Source: Candidatus Bathyarchaeota archaeon
Lineage (GTDB): Archaea; Thermoproteota; Bathyarchaeia; Bathyarchaeales; Bathycorpusculaceae
Direction: 5' to 3'
Length of the DNA stretch: 64,000 nt
Assembly (NCBI GenBank): GCA_963702095.1
Contig: OY969706.1
Span: 256,001 to 320,000 of the forward strand
The position numbers and the translations under genes are program-made. Shown piece after piece: positions 29,329-39,670 of the stretch; the stretch's first letter is position 1; each line of letters starts with the position of its first letter. Under the pieces are notes generated by a model. The model worked only from the letters and a program-made list of their open reading frames with translations, did no database searches and was not told where the DNA came from.

Positions 29329-30572
29329 TTTGGCACCTCACCTCTCTCATTTGCCTGCTCCGGCAAGGCGGATTTTAGCATTGATTTGCCTCTTAGTTCC
29401 TCGAAGAGGAGCACTGTGGCATAGAAGAACATGACTAAATTAATAATGCTTACCGCTAGAACCACCAAATCTCCGCTGGGAATAAACGCGTTCATGTTTA
29501 GGTAGTAGAGAACGTAGGCTTGGTTGACAAATAAAGTAGCGGATAAGACAACGTAGAACAAGCGGATTTTTTTGGCAAACGGCACCAGCAAAACCAGCAT
29601 GCTAATGGCTGGAAACAGGTACCGCTCGTGGATACGCGTGGGCAACATAAAGAAGCTGAATAGCAACATAAACGCTGCAAAAAAGGCAAGCATTTCGCCT
29701 GAAACGTGAAAACGCCTATACAGAACAAAAAGCGTCAAGACAGAGAAAACGCCGAAGAGCACCCAACCTATGAGGTAGAGACCAGTATCAGACAGCCAGA
29801 GCCCAAACAGCCCCCACAGGTTAAACGCATTAATCGAAGTGTATTGGTAACCGTTGTATGCGCCAAAGTAGATTCTGCTCAGGAAATCCACGGGGTTGCT
29901 CCATTCAAACGGCAGAATAACCAAGAAAATCGTCGCCGCAAACGCGCTAATCGACGTCAAAAGCCTCTTGGCGCCGCTCTGCATAAAAATAACCAATGCA
30001 ACCAGCGGCAACAATGCGATGCCCTGTGGCTTAGAAAGCAGTGCCAACGCAAAAATCACCGCTGAAACCTCAGGCTTCCGCTTCAACGCAAAGATTAGCG
30101 AGAGCACCAAGAAGAGGGTATAGATGGCGTCGAATTGTCCCCACACGGCGACGTTGAAGATTATGGCTGGGTTGAATGCGTAGAGGGCGGTGGCTAATAG
30201 TGTTTGGTTGGTGGTGAGTTTTTGGCGCAGGAACAGGTAGATGACGGCTATGGTGGCTAAGTCAAAGATTGTGGGGACTACTTTTACCATGTAGTAGATG
30301 TTGATGTTAAGTGAGTGGGATAGGTTGCCGAAGAACCAGAAGAGGTAAATGTTTAGGGGCGGGTAGTCGACCCATGCTGTTGCCGGGTTGCTCCAGAGGA
30401 TGCTGTAGAAGGGGCGTACGCCGTTGTCTGCTGCTGTGTTGAACCATGAAGCGAAGGAGGCAAGGTCGTTTTGGTAGCCTTGGAGGGGGAACAGGGCAAG
30501 CCTGATTACGAGGGCAGCGAGCAGGAGGACTATTAAGCCTATGACTTCACGTTTGTGGAGCGAGAAGTTTAT
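29325..30572 (-). CDS. GT-C membrane glycosyltransferase (GT87/ALG6-like)
   Basis: Frame open 94 codons upstream of the track ATG and includes DYPP; WGQFD, KPQ, NAFNLW, HERY. Confidence 0.85.
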   Translation of the reverse strand: MNFSLHKREVIGLIVLLLAALVIRLALFPLQGYQNDLASFASWFNTAADNGVRPFYSILWSNPATAWVDYPPLNIYLFWFFGNLSHSLNINIYYMVKVVPTIFDLATIAVIYLFLRQKLTTNQTLLATALYAFNPAIIFNVAVWGQFDAIYTLFLVLSLIFALKRKPEVSAVIFALALLSKPQGIALLPLVALVIFMQSGAKRLLTSISAFAATIFLVILPFEWSNPVDFLSRIYFGAYNGYQYTSINAFNLWGLFGLWLSDTGLYLIGWVLFGVFSVLTLFVLYRRFHVSGEMLAFFAAFMLLFSFFMLPTRIHERYLFPAISMLVLLVPFAKKIRLFYVVLSATLFVNQAYVLYYLNMNAFIPSGDLVVLAVSIINLVMFFYATVLLFEELRGKSMLKSALPEQANERGEVPK

Positions 30573-30661
30573 CGTGTTGACCCCTCTCTAGGGGCAATAC
30601 TGATGCTTAAACATAAGAAGCTTTTTCCAAAACCAACCCAACAACACAGGCAAAAACGGAG

Positions 30662-31534
30662 CTAACGGAGAGCCATCTTACGTTGCAAAACCCTAAGTGC
30701 CGCTATGCTTTTGAGGGCTTCTCTTCTGCCAGCTTTCGGTCGCAGCTCCAAAACTGTGTTCCTAACCTTCAACTTGCTGATCGCGTCGAAGATGCGGGCG
30801 GCTTCGACTTTGCCCTGTCCCAGCGGAAGGTGCTGGTCACCGAATTTCTCGTCAACCACTTCGGGGATACCCATGTTGTCGTGGATATGCATGTGGACAA
30901 GGTAGTGTGAGAGCATCGATATGAAATCCAAGATGTCGAAGCCATATTGGTTTGCGGAGAGGGTGCCGTGTCCGATGTCGAAGCAGAACTTGAGGTTTTC
31001 TTCGTCTACCGCTCGGATTACCTGCAGAATTTCATGAGGCATTATGCCTATGCGGTCGTTTTTCTTTTCTTTATGCAGGTTCTCGATGAGCACTGTGATG
31101 TTGTAGTTGGCTGCCATCTTGGACAGCTGCTTTAAGTTTGAGATTACGTTTTGGAAGGCTGCACTGTATTCCGTTTCAACCCTGTCGCCATGCATGACTA
31201 CATGTTCAGTGTCGAGGTAATCGGCTATCTCAAAAACCTTCGCCATTACCTCAAAGTTGCGGTTGTTTTTTACTCCTAAGTTGATGGAGTTGCCGTAGTA
31301 GTCATGGTCATAGGTGAAGGGACCATGGACGGAGAACTTGTTTCTAAGTGTAGAGAACTCTTCGAGGCGGAGATGGTCGATTTCGCCGTTTTTGAGCACG
31401 CCTGATTCGCCTATGCCAATTTCTATTAGGTCTACTTCTTCGCTGAAGATGGGGCCGTTTGAAACCTCTTTAATCATTCGACTGTTTATTCCGACGTTTA
31501 AGCGTTGGAACGTTTTGGTTTCTAACTGTTGCAT
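30662..31534 (-). CDS. Sugar phosphate isomerase/epimerase (AP endonuclease 2 TIM barrel)
   Basis: SVHGP, IENL, FDIGH, HMHIHDN, DQHLPLGQG. Confidence 0.88.
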   Translation of the reverse strand: MQQLETKTFQRLNVGINSRMIKEVSNGPIFSEEVDLIEIGIGESGVLKNGEIDHLRLEEFSTLRNKFSVHGPFTYDHDYYGNSINLGVKNNRNFEVMAKVFEIADYLDTEHVVMHGDRVETEYSAAFQNVISNLKQLSKMAANYNITVLIENLHKEKKNDRIGIMPHEILQVIRAVDEENLKFCFDIGHGTLSANQYGFDILDFISMLSHYLVHMHIHDNMGIPEVVDEKFGDQHLPLGQGKVEAARIFDAISKLKVRNTVLELRPKAGRREALKSIAALRVLQRKMALR

Positions 31535-31715
31535 CCTGCGTTCCTGTAGCCTACTAATAGGTCAGCTTCTTATATCGATTGGTTAAGTAAACTATTTTCA
31601 GTATATAGACGCAAAGAACAAGAAAGACAAACATGAGCCTTCGTTGGATACCCGCTTAAGGCATCAAACGCCCGTTTTGCTTTTTGATTAATTGTTTTAT
31701 CCCTCTGGAATGGAA

Positions 31716-32658
31716 TCAGAGCATGCTGCTTTTTTGGGGAACAAGAACTTCCCCGCGAAGATAAGCCACACTACATCCACCACCAGGCATACCGCGGCAG
31801 GCAGGGCTCCTTCAGGCCCAAGAGCACCAACGCCAACGACGCCGCCATGCCAGTGTTCTTGTAAGTGCTGAAAAGAACTTTGGAAACGGCTCTTGTCTGT
31901 TTTACGCCGCTTTTATGGAGAAAACGACTACAGACTATGCCGACGCCAAAGATTCTAACAGCCGCAAACACCACTAAAGCCGCCACCACAGTCCCCGCTG
32001 AGAATAGCAGACTGCGGTTTTCTCCCATTACAGCGATTACAAGAATAAAGAAGGAGATGTGGATGAGTATGTTCCGTGTTTTGGCAGAGGTTAAGAAACG
32101 TTTCACTAATCTTGAAAGGATTAGGGGCAGAACTATTTGGAGACTCAGATAGTACAGCAAAGTAAACACGTTTACCGCCTTGCCCAAGAATACAAAAGTT
32201 ATAACCGGTGTAACCACCAAGGAGACAAGGTAGATTACAATCGATGAGACAGCGGACGACTCAGTGTCCCCACCCCATAAACACGTAAAAGATATCACTG
32301 ACACAGCAGATGGCACGGCAGCTAATAGAATCCAGCCTGCCCTTAGGTCCCCGCTAAACAAATATGCTATGACTAAAGTGACGGCGGTTAAGAGGACAAA
32401 GGACAGGACGAAGGCGTTTCTAACTTCTTTTATGTGGGGTCTAAGCTTGAGGTTTTTGAGTTGTATTGAGGAAAGCGCAAGGGTCATCATCAGTATGAGC
32501 GATACCATGGCTATGTCGCCGTTCGATACCGGGAAACCAACTGGGAATCCGCCTATGCCCAGAACCAGAACAAGGGCTGTTAGCATCATAAGCGAACTGC
32601 TACTTAGAAATCTAATTATAACACTTGAAAGTTGGTTAAGGAAGCTGCTGGGGGTCAT
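31716..32658 (-). CDS. Bile acid:Na+ symporter (BASS)-family transporter; frameshift near 31818
   Basis: GWILLAAVPSA, YKNTGMA; adding one G restores the last TM. Confidence 0.8.
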
Positions 32659-32756
32659 CGAGTCGATGTCATGCAGCGGTTTATTATTATTTTTGGTCAC
32701 TTCAAAGAAAACAGTGATAACATAAAGCGCGCATGACCCTTCAGTTTGCAACTTGT

Positions 32757-32883
32757 GGTTTGCTCCACAACCAGCCCGCAACACAGACTAGACGCTGATG
32801 CAAAAAAGCACTGCACAGCCAAGCCCACTGGAAGAAGATGAGTAAGGGCGAAACTCTCATCTTCTAATACTAGAAAAACAAAA
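32757..32883. repeat. Dispersed intergenic hairpin repeat, sub-family A copy 2
   Basis: Perfect 10-bp stem AGAAGATGAG (32833-42) / CTCATCTTCT (32856-65); matches 19428-19494 and 42196-42318. Confidence 0.9.
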
Positions 32884-32931
32884 CTACAGCATACAACAAA
32901 TGAGGAAGGGCCGGCTGAGAGGCCGTTGGTT

Positions 32932-34155
32932 TTAGGCTTTCCACTGTTTTAATGCCAGCGCCAACTCACGGTGGTTTTTAGCGTAGTCCGCCAGCGTCCG
33001 CAACTCCAAAGTGGCGTCCACCGCTTGCCGCATAGCCCTTGCGCCTGCCAAGGTGCCCTCAGGGTGCCCATGGATGCCGCCGCCCGCCTGCAAAATTACA
33101 TCGTTGCCGAAGGTTTCCATCAGTTTCGGCACAAGCCGCGGGTGCAATCCGCCGCTGGCAACAGGCAACACAGGTTTGACTCCGCCCAGTTTGCCCTTGC
33201 AAGCCTCAATGTTCTCCAAAACTTCCGCTTTAGTCTCAGACATTTTGCCCACGACCGTGCCCACGTGCAGTTGGTCCACGCCGATGATGCGTGCTACGGT
33301 GGCGATGGGTTTCATGGCGATTCCATGCAGTGGGTTCTTGGTGAAAGCCGCATGTCCCGCGCGGTGTGCGTGGATGACAAGTTTTTGGTTTTGGTCACGC
33401 AGAGTCTGCAAACCGGACCATCCGACCGTGAGGATATCAACCATAACGTATTCACCGCCTTGAGCCGCAACCGTTTTGGCACGTTTGAGCATGGTTTTTG
33501 TTTCGGCGGTGACGTTTATCACGTAGACTTTGCGTTCGCCGGTTTGGGATTGGGCTTTGTCGCGTGCCTCCAAGGTTTTGGTGAGGCGTTCGTCAAAGGG
33601 GTTGAATTTTTGGCTGCTGAGGTTTTCGTCGTCTTTAACTGCGTCGCATCCGCCCACCCAAGCATCATAAGCCACTTTGGCGTGATCCTCAGTTTTCAAG
33701 CCAAGTTTCGGCTTAATGATGGTGCCGACAAGCGGGCGTTTTGGAACTTTGAGGAGTTTACGGATGCCGTCAATGCCAAATTGTGGTCCTTTGAAGGTGC
33801 TGGCTAAGGGTTTGGGAAATTCGATGTCTAGGAGACGCAGGTTTTTGAGCGCTTTTAACCCGAACACGTTGCCTGCGACGCTTGAGAGGATGTTGGGCAT
33901 GTTGCCGCGTTCAAAAAGCTCGACGGGATACGCAATTTTGATTGTGTTGCCCTCTATTTTGTAGACGTGGGCTGCCAGCTTTTTCACGTAGGGTTTTTCG
34001 GTGGTAAGTTCAGTCCATGTGCCGACGCTGCTTTCAGCGGCGACTCCGCCAGCCGCTTCCTCCAAACTGATGTCTTCGGGCTCCACGGTGAACGTGCAGA
34101 TTAAGTCGGTTGCTTTAGGTTTGTACTTTAAGTCGACAAAGTCAAGGTACTTCAA
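32932..34155 (-). CDS. rbcL: Form III RuBisCO large subunit
   Basis: AAESSVGTW, GTIIKPKLG, KDDEN, HAHRAGH, ASGG, QAGGGIHGHP. Confidence 0.96.
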   Translation of the reverse strand: MKYLDFVDLKYKPKATDLICTFTVEPEDISLEEAAGGVAAESSVGTWTELTTEKPYVKKLAAHVYKIEGNTIKIAYPVELFERGNMPNILSSVAGNVFGLKALKNLRLLDIEFPKPLASTFKGPQFGIDGIRKLLKVPKRPLVGTIIKPKLGLKTEDHAKVAYDAWVGGCDAVKDDENLSSQKFNPFDERLTKTLEARDKAQSQTGERKVYVINVTAETKTMLKRAKTVAAQGGEYVMVDILTVGWSGLQTLRDQNQKLVIHAHRAGHAAFTKNPLHGIAMKPIATVARIIGVDQLHVGTVVGKMSETKAEVLENIEACKGKLGGVKPVLPVASGGLHPRLVPKLMETFGNDVILQAGGGIHGHPEGTLAGARAMRQAVDATLELRTLADYAKNHRELALALKQWKA

Positions 34156-34245
34156 ATACTGTTCCTCATAGAGTAAAATTAGCTATTGTTCCATTAAAAT
34201 CTTTAACTATACCGCCTACCAATCAGTAACTAACGTGGGTGCCAA

Positions 34246-35793
34246 ATGGAGCTAATCGTGGAACTTCTCAACATCACAACAGGCGGAAACAGAGTCGCAG
34301 TCATCGGACAAAAAACCGCAAACCTCCTAGGAGTGCACAGCTCTGACAGAATAAAAATAACTTATTGCGCAAAGGAAATGATTGCTATCTCCAACATCGC
34401 CGAAAACTTCCCAGAAAACCGAATCGGCCTCTTTGAGGAAACCGAAGGTGCCCTCCCAGGCGTCAAAGACGATGAATCGGTTGAAGTGCAGTTGGCGCCT
34501 CTGCCTGAATCCCTCTTTAACATCCGCGCTAAACTCCACGGCGAACGCCTACGCGAAAAAGACATTTTTGCAATTGTCAAAGACGTGGTCGAGCGGCATT
34601 TGAGCACGGTGGAAATTGCGGGGTTTCTCACCGCTTTGAGTATCCATGGCTTGAGCACCGCTGAAACCGAGGCTCTCTCACGCGCCATGATTGTGACTGG
34701 TAAAACGCTGGATTTTGGTGCAGGACCGATTCTAGATAAGCACAGTGTCGGAGGCATCCCGGGCGACAAAACAAGCATGCTCGTCGTGCCCATAGTTGCC
34801 GCGGCAGGCTTCACAATTCCCAAAACCTCTTCTCGAGCCATCACTTCACCCGCGGGAACAGCGGACCGAGTGGAAACCCTCTGCCCAGTCACCTTAGCCA
34901 CAGACGAAATCAAAGACGTCGTCAAAAAAACAGGCGGCTGCCTAGTCTGGGGCGGCTCACTGGAGTTGGCACCGGCTGATGACCTCTTCATCCAAGTCGA
35001 ATACCCCTTGGGCATAGACCCCATGTTGTTGCCCTCCATATTAAGCAAGAAGAAAGCCGTCGGCGCTACACACGTCGCTATCGATATCCCAACAGGCATG
35101 GGCGCCAAAATCAAAACCCGCCAAGAAGCCTACACACTCGCCTCGGACTTTGTGGATTTGGGGAAGCGGCTGGGCTTAAACATCCAATGTGCTCTCACAT
35201 TCGGCGATCAACCATTGGGCTGCGGTATGGGGCCCGCTTTGGAAGCCCGAGAAGCCCTAAACACGCTTATGGGCGAAGGACCGCCTGACCTCCGCGAGAA
35301 AGCAGTATCCCTAGCCAGCATGCTCTTCGATATGGTCGGCGTAGAAAACCCTCGGGTTATGGCGGAAGACATTATTGATTCGGGCAAGGCTGAGAGGAAA
35401 CTGAGAGAAATTATTGCTGCTCAAGGCGGCAACCCAGCGGTTAAGCCTTCGGATCTGCAGGTTGGGCCAGAATGGGCGGCAGTTCGGTCCAAGGAGGCGG
35501 GAAAAGTTCTTTGGATGAGCACCGACGACCTTGTGCGGATTGCCCGCATGGCTGGGGCGCCCAAAGAGAAGGGTGCAGGTGTGCTGTTGCATGCTAAACT
35601 GGGTGACACAGTGCGTAAAGACGGCGTGTTGTTTGAGATTTATGCGGAGCGAAGCAGCAAGTTGACTGCGGCGCTGGAACTGGCGGAAAAGTTGTCGCCT
35701 GTTGTTCTTAGCCGGAAACCGGAAGAGATAATGGTCTTAGACATTATCCCCGAGAAAACCACTCATGAAAAGAGCTTCATGCTCGATAGATAA
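34246..35793 (+). CDS. AMP phosphorylase
   Basis: DKHSVGGIPG, KTSSRAITSPAGTAD, GPALEA; divergent from rbcL across 90 bp. Confidence 0.95.
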   Translation: MELIVELLNITTGGNRVAVIGQKTANLLGVHSSDRIKITYCAKEMIAISNIAENFPENRIGLFEETEGALPGVKDDESVEVQLAPLPESLFNIRAKLHGERLREKDIFAIVKDVVERHLSTVEIAGFLTALSIHGLSTAETEALSRAMIVTGKTLDFGAGPILDKHSVGGIPGDKTSMLVVPIVAAAGFTIPKTSSRAITSPAGTADRVETLCPVTLATDEIKDVVKKTGGCLVWGGSLELAPADDLFIQVEYPLGIDPMLLPSILSKKKAVGATHVAIDIPTGMGAKIKTRQEAYTLASDFVDLGKRLGLNIQCALTFGDQPLGCGMGPALEAREALNTLMGEGPPDLREKAVSLASMLFDMVGVENPRVMAEDIIDSGKAERKLREIIAAQGGNPAVKPSDLQVGPEWAAVRSKEAGKVLWMSTDDLVRIARMAGAPKEKGAGVLLHAKLGDTVRKDGVLFEIYAERSSKLTAALELAEKLSPVVLSRKPEEIMVLDIIPEKTTHEKSFMLDR

Positions 35794-35798
35794 CGCGC

Positions 35799-36176
35799 TT
35801 AGATACGGGCTATTAAGCCGCCTATGAAGCCGCCGAGTGCAGCAGCCACAGTTGCAGCTACACCTATGATTAGCACGATTATGCCTGATGCCAACCCGGC
35901 TAATCCGCCGAAGAGGACGCCGAGGAATCCGTGGGTTAAGCCGCCGTAGAAAACAAAGCCCAGAAACGATAGGATGGCTAAGCCGATGGAGCCCAAGATG
36001 CCTGCTATTACGCCGGCTATGGTTCCCCCGATTGCGCCACGTGCGATGAGCCCTGAGACGAAACCGCCGATTAAGGCACCTGCTAAGTGCCCGATGCCTG
36101 GGAAAATTACGCCCAAGACCACGATCAAGAGCAAGCCGACGAGTGCGCCTAACCCAACACTGCCCAAGGTTTTCAC
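35799..36176 (-). CDS. Gly-rich membrane protein (DUF5518-like)
   Basis: Repeated GxxxG TM helices. Confidence 0.75.
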   Translation of the reverse strand: MKTLGSVGLGALVGLLLIVVLGVIFPGIGHLAGALIGGFVSGLIARGAIGGTIAGVIAGILGSIGLAILSFLGFVFYGGLTHGFLGVLFGGLAGLASGIIVLIIGVAATVAAALGGFIGGLIARI

Positions 36177-36229
36177 TTCAGTTAGTTGTGGTTAAAGGGA
36201 GAAAATAAAATAAAAAGATTGTTGCACCT

Positions 36230-36946
36230 TTAGCGTGCTCTGGTGTTGCGAACTTTGGGTTCAAGCAGTGTCCAGAGCCATTCAGTGAACTCTTGGAGGT
36301 TCTTGGTTTGGATATGCACTTCGCCGGGACCTGTGATTTGGGTAACTAAGCCTTCGCCGCTTAGTAGGGTTTCTTTTAAGCCGCCGAACCGCGTGACCTT
36401 GTAACTGCAGGATTCGCTAAAACCCACCAAATGGAAGTTGTCCACAATTAGAGTCTGTCCAGGCTGAAGGACATGGGTGTCGATGGCGCCAAACGTGTTG
36501 ATGAACATTTGTCCGCTGCCAGTAGCCTTGAGCATGAATAAGCCCTGTCCGAAGAGGCCTTTGGTGAACCCCTCCCACTTCACGTCCAAATCGATACCCG
36601 CTGTGGAGGCGATGTAGGCGGATTTTTGGATGACATATCCAGTGCCGGGGGCTATGTCGAGTTGTTTGATGTCGCCGACTGGTGCAGCGACAAAGCCAGC
36701 TTCGCCCTGCCCACTAACTGCTGTGTAATCGTTTACCCAGAATGATTGTCCGCCTATTAGGCTTAGTCCCAAGCTGCCTAAGAGGCTTTTTTCTCTTTTG
36801 CGGGTATGCACTTCGATGTTGGGTGTTAGGTAGGTCATGGCGCCTGCTTCTGCCGTGATGGTTTCACCCTGATCCAAGGTGGTGACTACCATGGCGTATG
36901 AGGGTTTGTATTTTATTTCGAATTTCAAGGGTTCTCTCTCCTGCAT
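36230..36946 (-). CDS. TIGR00266/AIM24-family protein
   Basis: AEAGAM, GGQSF, GEGLV...GPGEVHIQT. Confidence 0.88.
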   Translation of the reverse strand: MQEREPLKFEIKYKPSYAMVVTTLDQGETITAEAGAMTYLTPNIEVHTRKREKSLLGSLGLSLIGGQSFWVNDYTAVSGQGEAGFVAAPVGDIKQLDIAPGTGYVIQKSAYIASTAGIDLDVKWEGFTKGLFGQGLFMLKATGSGQMFINTFGAIDTHVLQPGQTLIVDNFHLVGFSESCSYKVTRFGGLKETLLSGEGLVTQITGPGEVHIQTKNLQEFTEWLWTLLEPKVRNTRAR

Positions 36947-37162
36947 TGAGCTAAACTGTGTTTTGCTTAATAAATTGGGAGTTTAAAGGAGACTTTTCGA
37001 TTCATAGGTGATTGCGGTTGTTACCTGTTTTACTTAGGGTTAAGAGGAACTGGTGGGTTGGCGGAGAGTTTTTCCCCTGAATATGCGCTACTTATAATAG
37101 ACGCCGTAGCAAACCCTCTAAATAGAAGCCTACATTAGGGCAGAAACAGGGTAAGTTAGTAA

Positions 37163-37867
37163 ATGGCCGGCGCCGTTGGTACAGTCTTAAAGAAAACTTT
37201 TAGCATCGCCTTAATTTTCAATTCGCTTATCAGCATAGCAACCGTAGCCGGCATCATCTACGGCTACTACAACGCTTACCCAAACTGGCAGCCCTACTCA
37301 CCCTTCCTATTAAACGGAAACCTGTTCTGGCTTGCCCTTGCCGCCGCAGTAATCAACATTTTCCCCAGCGCCGCCATCGGACGAGCCCTACACACAGGCC
37401 GATTCCTCTTCCACCACTATGTCTACGGCTTCTTTGTTATTGCTTCTTCCTCTGCGTTTGTCATGGTTTTTACTCCCATCCCCCTGCTAAACCTCTTCTT
37501 TGTCGACAACAACACTGTAGCCGTTAATGCTGGTCGCGTGTTCTTGCTGGCGGGATTAGCAATGTTTCTTGATGACTTACCCGATGTTTCGAAGCATGTG
37601 GAGTCCAGTTTGAACTGGATAAAAACCAGAGCCTGCCAAATGAGAATGACCCTGCACATATCGCAATTAATAACTGGAATCTTTGCCCTCTACTGCAGCC
37701 TCTCAATCCTCTTCGCAACCCTTCATGAGAGCACACGGGCACTGCCCAACTCCTTTGTCATCGTCAGCCTATTCATAACAAGCATAACATCGTTTTCCCT
37801 TGTAAAACACAAAGCATGGCTAAACATCACGCCGCCCACGCCAAATCCATCTAAGCTTTTTGTTTAG
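37163..37867 (+). CDS. Hypothetical multi-TM protein
   Basis: FHHYVYG and LDDLPD motifs among TMs. Confidence 0.75.
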   Translation: MAGAVGTVLKKTFSIALIFNSLISIATVAGIIYGYYNAYPNWQPYSPFLLNGNLFWLALAAAVINIFPSAAIGRALHTGRFLFHHYVYGFFVIASSSAFVMVFTPIPLLNLFFVDNNTVAVNAGRVFLLAGLAMFLDDLPDVSKHVESSLNWIKTRACQMRMTLHISQLITGIFALYCSLSILFATLHESTRALPNSFVIVSLFITSITSFSLVKHKAWLNITPPTPNPSKLFV

Positions 37868-38567
37868 CAATCTCTTTTCCGATGACTTCTAACTGCTCAC
37901 GCGTAAACCTTCGTGTGCCTCCACGAGTTGTGATGTAGTTTGTTAATTGGGGCAATTGAAGGATAGGTACAGAGGGATTGTTGAGGCGGAGGCTAGCCTG
38001 CCTGTTAGTTAAAACCACAGCACCTTCAACCCAGACGTTGAAGCCACGCAGGTTAGGCGATTGGTCGATTATGTGTTTTATTCTAGCAGCATTGCGTTTA
38101 ACTTGGCGGCTTGGGCTTGACGAAAAATTGCGTTTCCCTGGTCGATGCCACTCGTCGCCGTTGCAGGATACGTTGCCGCTCCAGTTCTTGGTTTCCAGCA
38201 CAAAGATGCCGGCGGGCGCTAAAACTATGTGGTCAATGTCTCCTCCGCCTCCGTGTAGGTAGAGGTCGTTTATGAGGTAGTAGTCGTCGCTTAAGCTGCT
38301 GCTGAGTTGCTTGGCAACTTGTTTTTCGCCTTGCCAGCCGCCATTGTAGAGGTGGTATTTACGCAGGTAATAGTAGGCGGCGACGGTGGGCACAAGCAGA
38401 AAAGCCAACCCAGCCAGTGCAAATGTGTCTATTTGCAGAAGATAGATCGACCGGAACATAACAGAGAACAGTAAAAGCCCAAAAATCAAAACACATAATG
38501 CCGCTTTAGCCAAACTTGTCTGAGTCTTATTTTTTAAGTAACTGCTTGAGGCTTTAATCTTCCGCAT
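37851..38567 (-). CDS. Membrane-anchored NERD nuclease-domain protein
   Basis: GWQGE, DIDHIV, VLETKNWSG, SPSRQ; start MRKIK. Confidence 0.85.
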   Translation of the reverse strand: MRKIKASSSYLKNKTQTSLAKAALCVLIFGLLLFSVMFRSIYLLQIDTFALAGLAFLLVPTVAAYYYLRKYHLYNGGWQGEKQVAKQLSSSLSDDYYLINDLYLHGGGGDIDHIVLAPAGIFVLETKNWSGNVSCNGDEWHRPGKRNFSSSPSRQVKRNAARIKHIIDQSPNLRGFNVWVEGAVVLTNRQASLRLNNPSVPILQLPQLTNYITTRGGTRRFTREQLEVIGKEIAKQKA

Positions 38568-38709
38568 ACACCTTAGCATTTGCTTTGATGATATATTACC
38601 GTATGGTACCGCCTCTGGAAACATTTTTGCGGGTGTTCTTTTTGCGGAACCATTCTGTTCTTTAGGGAGAGCTATAACTCTCCACTGCATCCTATGTAAA
38701 ATACACACG

Positions 38710-39657
38710 GTGAGCTACATGGCACAAAAATCTCTTTCACCCAGAATCTTGGCGTTTTGCCTCATAACAGTTACCCTGTTAAGCCCAATTCTCCTTGCAA
38801 CCGTAGGCGCCCAGAGCGGCGGAGTCGTAGTCGGCGAGTGGCCACTTGACCAAATAAAACCCAGCGACTCCACCACAACAACCCCCGACACCACAGGCGT
38901 TAATAGCGGCGTCTTAGCAGGCGACCATGAACCTACGCTGGTAAATGGCAAATTCGACAAGGCCCTAAAGTTCGACGGCGAAAACACCGTTTATGTACCA
39001 GTCAAATTCGTTGTGGGTTTCCCACCGATGTCTCAGCCCATGTATGTGCCGATCTCACCTGGCCTTGACATCCAAAAATACGAGCAAATCGACGCTTGGA
39101 TCTATGTTCCCGACCTCAAAAACGTCACCTACAACAACATAGTCGTCAAATGCACCCACCCAGACCAAGCCTGCGCATGGCAAAACACCATCCGCATTTT
39201 GGGTTTAGCCATACGGGCAGGCACACCTGACAGCGGCGAAGACTACGTTCAAGGGGCACTTAGCGGCTTTGTGATGACTGACAGCGGCGGCTTCAACGAA
39301 ATAGTAACCACTGAACCAGTGCCTTTTAACCAGTGGGTCGAAGTTGAGTTTGTCCGTGACGCCTCTGGCATGCACCTCTACCTCAACGGTAACGAACAAA
39401 CCACAACGGTTCTCCACGGCGTAGAAAACCCCTCAGGCAACATAGTTAACGGTACTGAATACTACTTTGGACACGACAGCTACACAACCATCGACAACAT
39501 AAAAATCACCGACCTCTCACCTTCCAGCGTCGCTGAAAACGCCTTTGATATCGGACCCAACATCATGATCGCCATCATCGCGGTCGCCCTCATCTTCGCA
39601 GTCGCGTGGCTACTGCGCCGAGCTATCCAACTCTGGATTATCCGCCCCAAAATTTAG
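38710..39657 (+). CDS. LamG/concanavalin-like surface protein with C-terminal TM
   Basis: Signal peptide, WPLD, GKFDKALKFDG, LYLNG, IDNIKI. Confidence 0.8.
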   Translation: MSYMAQKSLSPRILAFCLITVTLLSPILLATVGAQSGGVVVGEWPLDQIKPSDSTTTTPDTTGVNSGVLAGDHEPTLVNGKFDKALKFDGENTVYVPVKFVVGFPPMSQPMYVPISPGLDIQKYEQIDAWIYVPDLKNVTYNNIVVKCTHPDQACAWQNTIRILGLAIRAGTPDSGEDYVQGALSGFVMTDSGGFNEIVTTEPVPFNQWVEVEFVRDASGMHLYLNGNEQTTTVLHGVENPSGNIVNGTEYYFGHDSYTTIDNIKITDLSPSSVAENAFDIGPNIMIAIIAVALIFAVAWLLRRAIQLWIIRPKI

Positions 39658-39670
39658 GGGAGCATTAAAG

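Noticed and set aside
32932-34155. Calvin-cycle carbon fixation
   Set aside because: Form III RuBisCO paired with AMP phosphorylase and R15P isomerase; no phosphoribulokinase in the window
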